NCBI GenBank assembly: GCA_003221005.1
Contig: QHTZ01000069.1
Span: 1 to 45,084 of the forward strand
Direction of reading: 5' to 3'
Length of the DNA stretch: 45,084 nt
From: Gemmatimonadota bacterium
GTDB taxonomy: Bacteria > Gemmatimonadota > Gemmatimonadetes > Gemmatimonadales > GWC2-71-9
A program made the position numbers and the translations under genes. Positions within the stretch are counted from its first letter, which is position 1; each line of letters begins with the position of its first letter. Positions 1 through 8,307 of this stretch are shown piece by piece. The notes beneath the pieces are model-generated. The model was not told the origin of the DNA and did not search any database. It saw nothing but the letters and a program-made list of their open reading frames with translations.

Positions 1-2
1 AC

Positions 3-599
3 TCCCAGGCGTGGGAATCCTGGCTGGCGCACATCCCCGGCCTCAAGGTGGTGAGTCCCGCAACGCCCGCCGATGCCAAGGGGCTGCTCAAGTCGGCGAT
101 CCGCGACAACAACCCCGTCATCGTGCTCGAAGGCGAGATGCTGTACAACACGAAGGGCGACGTGCCCGAGGGCGAGTATCTCGTGCCCATCGGCTCGGCC
201 GACGTGAAGCGGCCGGGAACGGACGTCACCATCGTGTGCCATTCCAAGACCGTCGTCCCCGCCCTCAGAGCCGCCGAGCTCCTCGCCGGCGAGCATGGTG
301 TGAGCGCGGAGGTCGTGGATTTGCGCACCCTCCGGCCGCTCGACGAGACGACGCTCGTCGCCTCGGTCGTGAAGACGAACCGGTGCGTGGTGGCGGAGGA
401 GGGGTGGCCGCACTGCGGCATCGGTGCGCAGGTGGTGGACGTGATCCAGCGCGACGCCTTCGACTCGCTCGACGCGCCGGTCATCCGCGTCACCCAGGCC
501 GACGTCCCGATGCCCTACAACAAGCAGCTCGAGCGGGCAGCCAAGCCATCCCCCGAGAGGATCGTCGCCGCCGCGCGCCGCGTCCTCTACCTCGACTGA
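3..599 (+). CDS. pdhB: Pyruvate dehydrogenase E1 beta subunit (5'-truncated by window edge)
   Basis: Frame is open from base 3 (SQAWESWLAHIPGLKVVSPATPADAKGLL...EVVDLRTLRPLD...DAPVIRV..DVPMPY), a transketolase C-terminal domain. Lies directly upstream of E2 and E3. Confidence 0.93.
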   Translation, partial: SQAWESWLAHIPGLKVVSPATPADAKGLLKSAIRDNNPVIVLEGEMLYNTKGDVPEGEYLVPIGSADVKRPGTDVTIVCHSKTVVPALRAAELLAGEHGVSAEVVDLRTLRPLDETTLVASVVKTNRCVVAEEGWPHCGIGAQVVDVIQRDAFDSLDAPVIRVTQADVPMPYNKQLERAAKPSPERIVAAARRVLYLD

Positions 600-601
600 C
601 G

Positions 602-1864
602 ATGGCGACTCCCGTCTACATGGAAGCGCTCTCCCCCACGATGGAGGAAGGGCGCCTCGTGAAGTGGCACAAGCGGGACGGGGACGCGGTGAAGGCCGGC
701 GACACGCTTGCCGAAGTCGAGACCGACAAGGCCGTCATGGATCTCGTGGCGCGCGCCGACGGGGTGTTGCGTCAGATCGCGGTCACCGAGGGACAGACGG
801 TCCCCGTCGGCAAGGAGATCGCGGCGATCGTCGCGCCGGGAGAGGCGGTCGCGACACCGCAGGGACGGGGGACGGGGGACGAGCGACCGGTGGTGACGGC
901 CCCAACGCCAACGGCGCCAGCGCGTACGGTGGCGGTCGCCGCACCAGCGGCCGTAGCGGACGCGACCCGCGTGAAGGCTTCGCCGCTCGCGAAACGGATT
1001 GCGAGGGAGACGGGTCTCGATCTAAAGCAGGTGACGGGTTCGGGACCAGGCGGCCGCGTGGTCAGGAAGGACCTGGAACTGGCTGCGGTGGCCACGCCCC
1101 CCGTTACCGCTCCCAGCGCCGCACCGACTCCACCCGTCCCCCGTCCCCCGTCCCCCGTCCCCGTGTCGCGCACCGGGGCGCCCTACGAAGACGCGCCCCT
1201 AACGCAGATCCGCAAGACGATCGCGAAGCGACTGGCCACCTCGCTCGGGCCGATCCCGCACTACTTCCTCACGACCGAGGTGGACATGGAGCGAGCCGCC
1301 GAGGCGCGCGCCGCGCTCAACCAAGCCCTCGGCACGGAGGGCAAGATCAGCTTCAACGACGTTATTCTCAAGGCGACGGCGCTCGCGCTGAAGCAACACC
1401 GGGCCTGTAACGCCTGGTTCGCGGAAGACCACATCCGTTACTGGAACGAGGTGCACCTGGGCATGGCGGTCGCGGTGGACGACGGCCTGATCACGCCGGT
1501 GATCCGCAACGCCGACCTCAAGTCTCTGTCCGAGATCGGCCGCGAGGCGCGCGAGCTTGCCGAGCGGGCGCGGGCGCGCAAGCTCCAGCCCGCTGAGTAC
1601 ACGGGCTCGACCTTCTCGGTATCGAATCTCGGGATGTTCGAGATCGATCAGTTCACAGCGGTGATCAATCCGCCCGAGGCGGGGATCCTCGCCGTGGGCG
1701 CGGTCGTCGCGAAGCCGGTAGTGGTGGACGGCCAGGTGACCACGCGGCGCCGCATGCGCATCACGATGAGCTGCGATCACCGCGTGATCGATGGCGCAAC
1801 GGGCGCGGTGTTTCTGCGCACGCTCAAGGGGATGCTGGAGAATCCGCTGGCCATGCTGTTATGA
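602..1864 (+). CDS. pdhC: Pyruvate dehydrogenase E2, dihydrolipoamide acetyltransferase
   Basis: Start reassigned to ATG 602. Lipoyl domain (MEALSPTMEEG...EVETDKA), E3-binding domain (ASPLAKRIA...GSGPGGRVVRKD), catalytic DHRVIDG. Confidence 0.95.
   Translation: MATPVYMEALSPTMEEGRLVKWHKRDGDAVKAGDTLAEVETDKAVMDLVARADGVLRQIAVTEGQTVPVGKEIAAIVAPGEAVATPQGRGTGDERPVVTAPTPTAPARTVAVAAPAAVADATRVKASPLAKRIARETGLDLKQVTGSGPGGRVVRKDLELAAVATPPVTAPSAAPTPPVPRPPSPVPVSRTGAPYEDAPLTQIRKTIAKRLATSLGPIPHYFLTTEVDMERAAEARAALNQALGTEGKISFNDVILKATALALKQHRACNAWFAEDHIRYWNEVHLGMAVAVDDGLITPVIRNADLKSLSEIGREARELAERARARKLQPAEYTGSTFSVSNLGMFEIDQFTAVINPPEAGILAVGAVVAKPVVVDGQVTTRRRMRITMSCDHRVIDGATGAVFLRTLKGMLENPLAMLL
862..889 (+). repeat. 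In-frame heptamer array (GGGACGG)n in PdhC linker 1
   Basis: GGGACGG GGGACGG GGGACGA GCGACCG read directly from the sequence. Confidence 0.8.
1134..1161 (+). repeat. In-frame heptamer array (CCGTCCC)x4 in PdhC linker 2, reverse complement of the 862-889 unit
   Basis: Four perfect CCGTCCC copies, encoding PVPRPPSPVP. Confidence 0.9.
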
Positions 1865-1936
1865 ACGCGGAACGTGGAACGGGGAACGCGGAACATCAGT
1901 CACCGGTTCCGCGTTCCGCGTTCGTCGTTCCGCGTT
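1863..1936. repeat. Intergenic inverted heptamer-array hairpin (GAACGCG)n / (CGCGTTC)n
   Basis: GAACGCG GAACGTG GAACGGG GAACGCG GAAC, an 11-nt loop, then GTTC CGCGTTC CGCGTTC GTCGTTC CGCGTT. Confidence 0.92.
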
Positions 1937-1951
1937 AGGGGAGGGGGATCG

Positions 1952-3343
1952 GTGGCAAATCAGTTTGACGTGCTCATCTTGGGGGGCGGCCCGGCCGGCT
2001 ACGTCGCCGCCATCCGCGCGGCCCAACTCGGCATGGCGACCGCGCTGGTCGAGCGCGAGAAGCTCGGTGGCGTGTGCGTGAACATCGGGTGCATCCCGAC
2101 CAAGGCGCTGCTCCACTCCGCCTATCTCGCCAACGCGCTGCGCGACGCCGCCGAGTTCGGCGTCGAGGTCGGTGGCGTCAAGACCAACTACGGCGTCGCG
2201 ATGAGCCGCTCGCGCCGGGTGAGCGACCAGAACTCGAAGGGCGTCGAGTTCCTGATGAAGAAGAACAAGGTCACCGTCGTGAAGGGCAGCGGCACCTTGC
2301 AGGCGGGTCGCAAAGTCAAGGTGGGCAACGACACGTACGAGGCGAAGAAGGCGGTGATCGTCGCGACGGGATCGCGCGTGAAAGGCCTCCCCCAGATCGG
2401 CCTCGAGATCAACAAGACGACCGTGATCTCCTCGGACGAGGCACTGTTCCTCGAGCAGGCTCCCCCGTCGATGGCGATCGTCGGCGCCGGCGCCGTGGGC
2501 ATGGAGTTCGCCGACATCTTCAACGCCTTCGGCACCCAGGTCACCCTGATCGAAGTGCTGCCGCGCATCCTGCCGCTCGAGGACGCCGACGCGTCCGACG
2601 CCCTGGCGAAGAGCTACAAGCAGCGCAAGATCGAGGTCCTGGCGGGGGCGAACGTGAAGAAAGCTGCCGTGGCGAAGGACAGGGTCACGCTCGAAGTCGA
2701 GGCAGGCGGAGCGACCCGCAAGGTCGAAGCGGCGGTCGTGCTGATGGCGGCAGGCCGCGCCGTGAACACCGAGAACGTGGGGCTCAAGGAAACCGGCATC
2801 GAGCTCACCGAGCGGGGCTTCGTCAAGGTGGACCGCAACCTTCAAACCACCGCGCCCGGCTACTACGCGATCGGCGATGTGGCGGGCCCGCCGATGCTGG
2901 CTCACAAGGGGTTCCGCGAGGGCGTGGTCGTCGCGGAGCAGCTCGCGGGTCTGAAGCCACACCCGATCAAGTACGACAACGTCCCGAGCGTGACGTACTG
3001 CCACCCCGAGGTCGCGAGCATCGGACTCACCGAGGCGCAGTGCAAGGAGCGCAAGCTCGACTACGTCGTGGGAAAATTCCCCTTCGCGGCGAACGGGCGC
3101 GCCCGGGGAACGGGTGAGACCGAGGGCTTCGTGAAGATCATCCGCGACAAGAGGTACGGCGAGATTCTGGGCGCACACATCGTGGGAACCCCCGCGTCGG
3201 AGCTGATCCACGAGCTCGCGGTCGCGCGCGAGAACGAATATACCGTCGAAGAAGTGGAGCTCGCGATCCACGCGCATCCAACGATGGCCGAAGCGGTGGG
3301 CGAGGCGGCGCTCGATTCCCTCGGCCGCGTGATCCACCTGTGA
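1952..3343 (+). CDS. lpdA: Dihydrolipoyl dehydrogenase (E3)
   Basis: GTG 1952 follows a GGAGGGGG RBS. Motifs GGGPAGY, GGVCVNIGCIPTK (redox disulfide), GAGAVG, HAHPTMAE. Confidence 0.96.
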   Translation: MANQFDVLILGGGPAGYVAAIRAAQLGMATALVEREKLGGVCVNIGCIPTKALLHSAYLANALRDAAEFGVEVGGVKTNYGVAMSRSRRVSDQNSKGVEFLMKKNKVTVVKGSGTLQAGRKVKVGNDTYEAKKAVIVATGSRVKGLPQIGLEINKTTVISSDEALFLEQAPPSMAIVGAGAVGMEFADIFNAFGTQVTLIEVLPRILPLEDADASDALAKSYKQRKIEVLAGANVKKAAVAKDRVTLEVEAGGATRKVEAAVVLMAAGRAVNTENVGLKETGIELTERGFVKVDRNLQTTAPGYYAIGDVAGPPMLAHKGFREGVVVAEQLAGLKPHPIKYDNVPSVTYCHPEVASIGLTEAQCKERKLDYVVGKFPFAANGRARGTGETEGFVKIIRDKRYGEILGAHIVGTPASELIHELAVARENEYTVEEVELAIHAHPTMAEAVGEAALDSLGRVIHL

Positions 3344-3804
3344 GAGACCCGCTCGCCGTGGGACTGGGCGCGCTCGCCTGCGGCGCTGGCCTCGGCGGCG
3401 GCACGGTCGTCGCGGCGCTCGTCATGGTCCGGGTGCTCGAGCGCCACGTGACCGCCGTGAACTACCAGGAGAGCGCCGCCGATCCCGTGCTCGCCGGCAC
3501 GATCGCCGGCCTCGCCGTGGCCGCGACGTTCGGCTGGCGGCGCAGCCGGGCGATCGACAACGTGTGGCAGCGCGGCGTGATCGCGGTGATGTCGGCGGTC
3601 GGCGCCCTGCTGGTCGGCTTCATCGCCTGGCCGGTGGATCGGTTCCTGGGCATCGTGACCCTCGTGGTGTGGGGCGTGGCCGCGTTCGTGCTCGGCGGCG
3701 CCGGGAGCGCCTGGGCCACGAGAGGGAGCCGCGAAGATGCCATCCCAGAACCGGGGACGGGGGACGCGGGCCGGGGGACGGGGACGGGGACGGGGACCCG
3801 ATGA
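3340..3804 (+). CDS. Hypothetical membrane protein (about 4 TM segments)
   Basis: Coupled to lpdA by a GTGA overlap and to lipB by an ATGA overlap; several hydrophobic segments. Confidence 0.75.
   Translation: MRDPLAVGLGALACGAGLGGGTVVAALVMVRVLERHVTAVNYQESAADPVLAGTIAGLAVAATFGWRRSRAIDNVWQRGVIAVMSAVGALLVGFIAWPVDRFLGIVTLVVWGVAAFVLGGAGSAWATRGSREDAIPEPGTGDAGRGTGTGTGTR
3752..3797 (+). repeat. G-rich GGGACGG/GGACGG array encoding the C-terminal tail of the membrane protein
   Basis: GGGACGG GGGACGC GGGCCGG GGGACGG followed by GGACGG hexamers; encodes GTGDAGRGTGTGTGT. Confidence 0.8.
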
Positions 3805-4472
3805 GCGAGCGCGTGCTCGAGGTGCTGGATGCGGGGCGGGTCCCGTACCGGGAGGCGCTCGAGTGGCAGCGCAGCGTCGCGCAGGCCCGCATCGGTGCGC
3901 AGCTCGACCACGACGTGTTGCTGCTCCTCGAGCACCCAGCCGTGGTCACCGTGGGCCGCACGGCGCAGCCGCGCCATCTCCTCGACACCGCGGGGATCGA
4001 GGTGGTGGAGGTCGAGCGCGGCGGCGACGTGACCTACCACGGTCCCGGCCAGCTCGTCGGCTATCCGATCCTCGACCTCCGGCGGTACCGCCCGGACCTG
4101 CACTGGTATCTGCGCGCGCTCGAGCAGACGCTGATCGAGGCACTCGCGCGGCTGGGAATTCCCGCGCAGCCGCGGGCGGGCTACACAGGCGTCTGGGTGC
4201 GCGGACGCAAGATCGCGAGCATCGGCGTGCACGTGAAGCAATGGGTCACCTGGCACGGCTTCGCCCTCAACGTGAGCACCGACCTCGCGCAATTCGACCG
4301 GATTATCGCGTGCGGGATTCCGGGCGTGGAGATGACATCGGTTGAACGGGAAGGGGGACGGGGGAAGGGGGAAGGGGCGGTGTGGGAGCAGGCCACGGCT
4401 GCCGTGATTGCGGGCTTCGAGCAGGTGTTCGGCGTGACAGCTACAGCAGGTGAGCTCGCCAGTCCCCGGTGA
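3801..4472 (+). CDS. lipB: Lipoyl(octanoyl) transferase
   Basis: ATG 3801. Motifs LLLEHPAVVTVGR, RGGDVTYHGPGQLVGYPI, KIASIG, HGFALN, IIACG. Confidence 0.95.
   Translation: MSERVLEVLDAGRVPYREALEWQRSVAQARIGAQLDHDVLLLLEHPAVVTVGRTAQPRHLLDTAGIEVVEVERGGDVTYHGPGQLVGYPILDLRRYRPDLHWYLRALEQTLIEALARLGIPAQPRAGYTGVWVRGRKIASIGVHVKQWVTWHGFALNVSTDLAQFDRIIACGIPGVEMTSVEREGGRGKGEGAVWEQATAAVIAGFEQVFGVTATAGELASPR
4348..4375 (+). repeat. In-frame heptamer array (GGGAAGG/GGGACGG)x4 in LipB
   Basis: GGGAAGG GGGACGG GGGAAGG GGGAAGG, encoding REGGRGKGEG. Confidence 0.8.
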
Positions 4473-5128
4473 CGAAGTTCCTCGACGAGCTGCGGGAAAA
4501 GTCCGGCGCAACGCGGGAGCGCGTCCCTCCGGGTCAGGTCGTCACCGCCAAGTGGCCCGTCCTCCACTACGGCGACGTGCCGCGCGTGGACACGGCGACC
4601 TGGACCTTCGAGGTCTCCGGGCTCGTCGCCCGACCGTTCACCCTCACCTACGACGAGCTACTCGCGCTGCCGCGCCGGACGGTGCAATGCGACATGCATT
4701 GCGTCACGCGCTGGAGCCGGCTCGACAACACATTCGAGGGTGTACCGGTGCAGCAGCTGCTCGAGCGGGCGGGGGTGCAGCCGCAGGCCGCCTACTGTCT
4801 CGTGCTCGCCGAGCAGGGGTTCACGACCAATCTGCCGCTTGCGGACCTCGACCGGCCCGACAACCTCATCGCGCTCAAGTGGAACGGCGAGTCGCTGATG
4901 CCAGAGCACGGCTGGCCCGCTCGCCTGCTCGTGCCGCACCTCTATCTCTGGAAGAGCGCCAAGTGGGTGCGGGGGTTCGAGTTGTTGGAGGGGGACATGC
5001 CGGGCTTCTGGGAGCAGAACGGCTACCACATGCGCGGCGACCCGTGGCTGGAAGAGCGGTACGGCGGACGGGGGCTGACGCAACACGAGATAAACAAACT
5101 ACGAAACCGCAGTAAGAAAGACGTCTAG
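4469..5128 (+). CDS. Sulfite oxidase-like molybdopterin-dependent oxidoreductase (YuiH-like)
   Basis: Motifs PPGQ, DMHCVTRWS, EHGWPARLLVPHLYLWKSAKW, GFWEQNGYH. GTGA overlap with lipB. Confidence 0.9.
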   Translation: MTKFLDELREKSGATRERVPPGQVVTAKWPVLHYGDVPRVDTATWTFEVSGLVARPFTLTYDELLALPRRTVQCDMHCVTRWSRLDNTFEGVPVQQLLERAGVQPQAAYCLVLAEQGFTTNLPLADLDRPDNLIALKWNGESLMPEHGWPARLLVPHLYLWKSAKWVRGFELLEGDMPGFWEQNGYHMRGDPWLEERYGGRGLTQHEINKLRNRSKKDV

Positions 5129-5211
5129 GAAAGACGTCTAGGAAAGACGTCAAGAAAAACCGTCGAGAAGAGACGTACGGTGCTCCTCGACGGTTTTCCT
5201 CGACGCCTTAG
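5116..5211. repeat. 13-bp-period tandem array with an inverted arm (hairpin) between convergent genes
   Basis: GAAAGACGTCTAG x2, GAAAGACGTCAAG, AAAAACCGTCGAG, AAGAGACGT; inverted arm CTCGACGGTTTTC CTCGACGCCTTAG. Confidence 0.88.
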
Positions 5212-5214
5212 TCT

Positions 5215-6555
5215 TTAATCACTCCCCGGCACATGCGCGAAGACCAGAATGCAGCCCGACGTCTGGACCGCGGCGCCGAACTGCGTGCAGGCGGTCGCCG
5301 TTGTCGCATTCGCGGGAACGACGGCAAAGATGTGATTGTTCTCCGCCGCGGCCGTGGGATTCGTAGCGTTGAGGGCAGTCACATACTGCCGTATCGTGCT
5401 GCTGCGTGCGTCGATCACGCCGAGTGAGTTGGGGCCGGCGGGAGTAATACTGAAGTTCGCTCCCGTCACGTAGAAGTTGCCGTCGCCGGGATTATACCAA
5501 GTCTCATTGCCGCCCCCGACTGGCAAGATGGTGATCGCGCCCGTCCGCACGTCCGTGATGAGCGCCCTACCGCATCCCGGGATCACCATCTTTCCGTCGG
5601 GCCCGAGCGCGGGATCGTTAATACCAAATACCGCTCCTGGAGTGGCAGCGAGCCCGAGCGCAAAGCAATCGATGTCGTAATGCTTTTCGACCGTGAAGGG
5701 CCGAACCGTAGGATCGATGACGGCGACATACTGTGGGAATACCGTGGTGCCCGCCAGCCTCCCCGACACGGCTGTCAGGATGCGGTGCTGGTCGGGGTCC
5801 CAGACCGGCGCCTCCTGCCCTCGACGGTCGGCAAACGCGATCGTACCTACCTTCGCGTACGGAGGATCTGCCGAAATGAACGTGGCATAGGTGTCAATAG
5901 CGCCGTGGGGGGCCGCGACGGCGAGCGGGGAAGGATTCTGGACGAACACGAGCCGATGTTCGGGATCGAACGTGATTTCGTTGGTGCGACCACAGTAGTG
6001 CGTGGTCGCGGTCCCGCCATCGCAGGCCGCGATCGACGTGTTGACCGAAGCAATCACCTGCCTCGTCGCGAGGTCCACCACACGTACTGTGCTATTGCCG
6101 TCCGACACCCAGGCGTGCCCGTCTCCGCTGAGCACGATGCTGCTCGGTCCCTGGCCGTTGGTCGTCGCCGTACCGCCACCCGCCCCGACGTTCCCAACCA
6201 TCCCGCCCACGAAGCCCACAAAGTCGTGAGACACGGCGTCCCAGATGTACAACCCGGCGTTGCCGAGCTCAGTGACGTAAAGGTTCCCGCCCTCGGCCCA
6301 GAGTTTGGTGCCGTTCACAATCGGCCCACTCCCTGGCGGAAGGGTCATCGCACAGAGCAGCTCGACGGGAGCGTTGGGCCGGCGCGCCAAGTGGTTCCCC
6401 GGCTTATCGCGACACGCCTGATCGAGGCCCGGGGCCGTGCTCCTATCGAACGAGGGCGCAAGGCGCGGGCCTGATGCTTGATCGGGAACGCAGCTGACGA
6501 ACAGAGCCGCAATACAGCTGAATAACAATGGAGACAAGCGCGCCACAGGCTTCAT
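5215..6555 (-). CDS. Secreted lipoprotein, probable YVTN/YncE-like beta-propeller
   Basis: AGGAGG RBS; signal peptide ending ALFVSC; repeated blade-like strands (AWVSDGNSTVRVVD, YVAVIDP, LGVIDA). Confidence 0.7.
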   Translation of the reverse strand: MKPVARLSPLLFSCIAALFVSCVPDQASGPRLAPSFDRSTAPGLDQACRDKPGNHLARRPNAPVELLCAMTLPPGSGPIVNGTKLWAEGGNLYVTELGNAGLYIWDAVSHDFVGFVGGMVGNVGAGGGTATTNGQGPSSIVLSGDGHAWVSDGNSTVRVVDLATRQVIASVNTSIAACDGGTATTHYCGRTNEITFDPEHRLVFVQNPSPLAVAAPHGAIDTYATFISADPPYAKVGTIAFADRRGQEAPVWDPDQHRILTAVSGRLAGTTVFPQYVAVIDPTVRPFTVEKHYDIDCFALGLAATPGAVFGINDPALGPDGKMVIPGCGRALITDVRTGAITILPVGGGNETWYNPGDGNFYVTGANFSITPAGPNSLGVIDARSSTIRQYVTALNATNPTAAAENNHIFAVVPANATTATACTQFGAAVQTSGCILVFAHVPGSD

Positions 6556-6724
6556 AACAACCTCCTAAGAGGGACGACCGGTGGTCGCTCGATCGGCGTG
6601 GCGTCGAACGAAGGCGTCAGAGCGAGGAAGAGACCACCCAGGGGCGGTTCAGGCCATCGGCCTGCTGCGCAAAACATGACGCCCGGCAAGGGAAGTCGCT
6701 AGACCCGGTACGAAACCGTATCCA

Positions 6725-6816
6725 GAAATGCGTTTAGAAAAGTCGTTGAGCAGAGGCGTTGAGAAGAGAAGTGTTACATCCTCGCCACACGTCGACGTTG
6801 CCCCTCAACGCCGCTT
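6725..6816. repeat. Degenerate second copy of the 13-bp-period array with an inverted arm
   Basis: GAAATGCGTTTAG AAAAGTCGTTGAG CAGAGGCGTTGAG AAGAG ... GTCGACGTTGCCC CTCAACGCCGCTT. Confidence 0.65.
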
Positions 6817-6895
6817 CGCTGCGTCCTTGCCGCTGAGCCGCCGCCGTGCGGGCACCGACTGAGAGCACGTCGCTAACTCTTAGTGCTTCAGGATG

Positions 6896-8242
6896 TTAAG
6901 AACGGGCGTCAGCGTTGCCGCGCCCCAGCAGCTCGTAAAACCGCCGGAACACGTTGATCCCGTCCCACAACTGCTTCAGGTCGAGCTTCTCGTTCGGTGC
7001 GTGCAGCCGGTCGTCGGGGAGCCCGATCCCCGTGAGAATCACCGGCGCCCCGCTGCGGCCCAGCGCCGGCACGACAGGGATCGAGCCGCCGGCGCGCACC
7101 GGCACCGTCCCCCGCCCCACCACCTCGCGAAACGCCTGATCGAGCAGCCGGAACGCGGGATGCGTGATGCGCACCTGCGCGGGGTCGGCGCCGTGCATGA
7201 ACTTGACGCTCGCGCTCACGTACTTGGGCGCGAGCCGCTTGACCGCCGCCGCTAGCTGGCGCTCCACCGTCTTGAGCTTCTGGTTCGGCACGAGACGGAG
7301 GCTCACCTTAGCCGTCGCCGCGGCCGGGATGACGGTCTTCGCTCCGTCGCTTGTGAACCCACCCATGATGCCGTGAATCTCGAAGGTGGGAAGCGCCCAC
7401 AGGCGCTCGAGCACCGAGTGCCCCTTGAGGCCGGTGAGCCGCTTCGCCCGCACCCGCTGTTTGAGGAAGTCCGCCTCGCGAAACGGCAGCTTCCTCCATG
7501 CCGCGAGCTCCGCCCGGGACGGTCGCTTCACCGCGGCGTAGAGCCCGGGGATGTTGATCTTGCCGTCGGGCCTCTTCAGCCGGCCGAGCAGCCTTACCAG
7601 CTCCTCGTGGGCGTTCGGCGCCGCGCCTCCGAACTCCCCCGAATGCAGGTCGGACTGGGCCGTACGCACGCTGATCTCCGCGTAGCACAGTCCGCGCAGC
7701 GCCGTGTACACGGCGGGCCAGCGCGGCGCGACGTAGGCCATGTCGGCGATGAGCACCGCGTCGGCGCGCGTGCGCTCCGGCTCACGGCGCAACAGGTCGA
7801 ACAGCACGCGGCTGCCGTATTCCTCTTCTCCCTCGATCAGAAACCGGAGGTTGACGGGAGGGCGCCCCGCGGCCGCAATCGCCCTGAGGAGGCAGAACAC
7901 CTGGCCCTTGTCGTCGGCCGAGCCGCGGGCGAACAGCTTACCGTCGCGGACGGTGGGCTCAAACGGCGGCGTGACCCACTCGCCGAGCGGATCCGGCGGC
8001 TGCACGTCGTAGTGGCCATAGATGAGAAGCGTCGGCGCACCAGGGACGTCGGGGCCCACGCCCCACACGACCGGGTGCACGTCGCTCGCGAGGAACGCCA
8101 CCTCACGGCACCCGAGCCGTCGCAGCTCGGCCGCGACCCATTCCGCCGCCCGGCGGCAGTCGGCGTCGTGCGCCGGCAGGGTCGACACCGAAGGAATCCG
8201 CAGAAATTCGACGAGCTCGCGCAGCATCGTGTCGGCGTCCAT
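6896..8242 (-). CDS. M20 family metallo-dipeptidase
   Basis: Motifs YGHYDVQP, ARGSADDKGQ, EGEEE, DLHSG, HAPNE. Confidence 0.93.
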   Translation of the reverse strand: MDADTMLRELVEFLRIPSVSTLPAHDADCRRAAEWVAAELRRLGCREVAFLASDVHPVVWGVGPDVPGAPTLLIYGHYDVQPPDPLGEWVTPPFEPTVRDGKLFARGSADDKGQVFCLLRAIAAAGRPPVNLRFLIEGEEEYGSRVLFDLLRREPERTRADAVLIADMAYVAPRWPAVYTALRGLCYAEISVRTAQSDLHSGEFGGAAPNAHEELVRLLGRLKRPDGKINIPGLYAAVKRPSRAELAAWRKLPFREADFLKQRVRAKRLTGLKGHSVLERLWALPTFEIHGIMGGFTSDGAKTVIPAAATAKVSLRLVPNQKLKTVERQLAAAVKRLAPKYVSASVKFMHGADPAQVRITHPAFRLLDQAFREVVGRGTVPVRAGGSIPVVPALGRSGAPVILTGIGLPDDRLHAPNEKLDLKQLWDGINVFRRFYELLGRGNADARS

Positions 8243-8295
8243 GGCGCGAGAATCTAGACCCCGCGGACGCGCCTAGCCAGCAACCACGGCGCGGA

Positions 8296-8307
8296 TATAT
8301 TCGCGCG
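8296..8307 (+). promoter_or_regulatory. Putative -10 box (TATATT) of a leaderless TPR-gdhA transcript
   Basis: TATATT at 8296-8301 lies exactly 6 nt before ATG 8308; there is no SD sequence. Confidence 0.55.

Noticed and set aside
11-601. N-terminal extension of the 617-aa ORF upstream of pdhC
   Set aside because: It overlaps pdhB in another frame and is Arg-rich junk; the lipoyl domain begins at ATG 602.
1859-3337. 492-aa antisense ORF over lpdA
   Set aside because: A shadow ORF expected from high-GC codon bias; no recognisable motifs.
5116-5176. 13-bp direct repeats as a possible CRISPR array
   Set aside because: Units are adjacent with no spacers, too short, and no cas genes are present.
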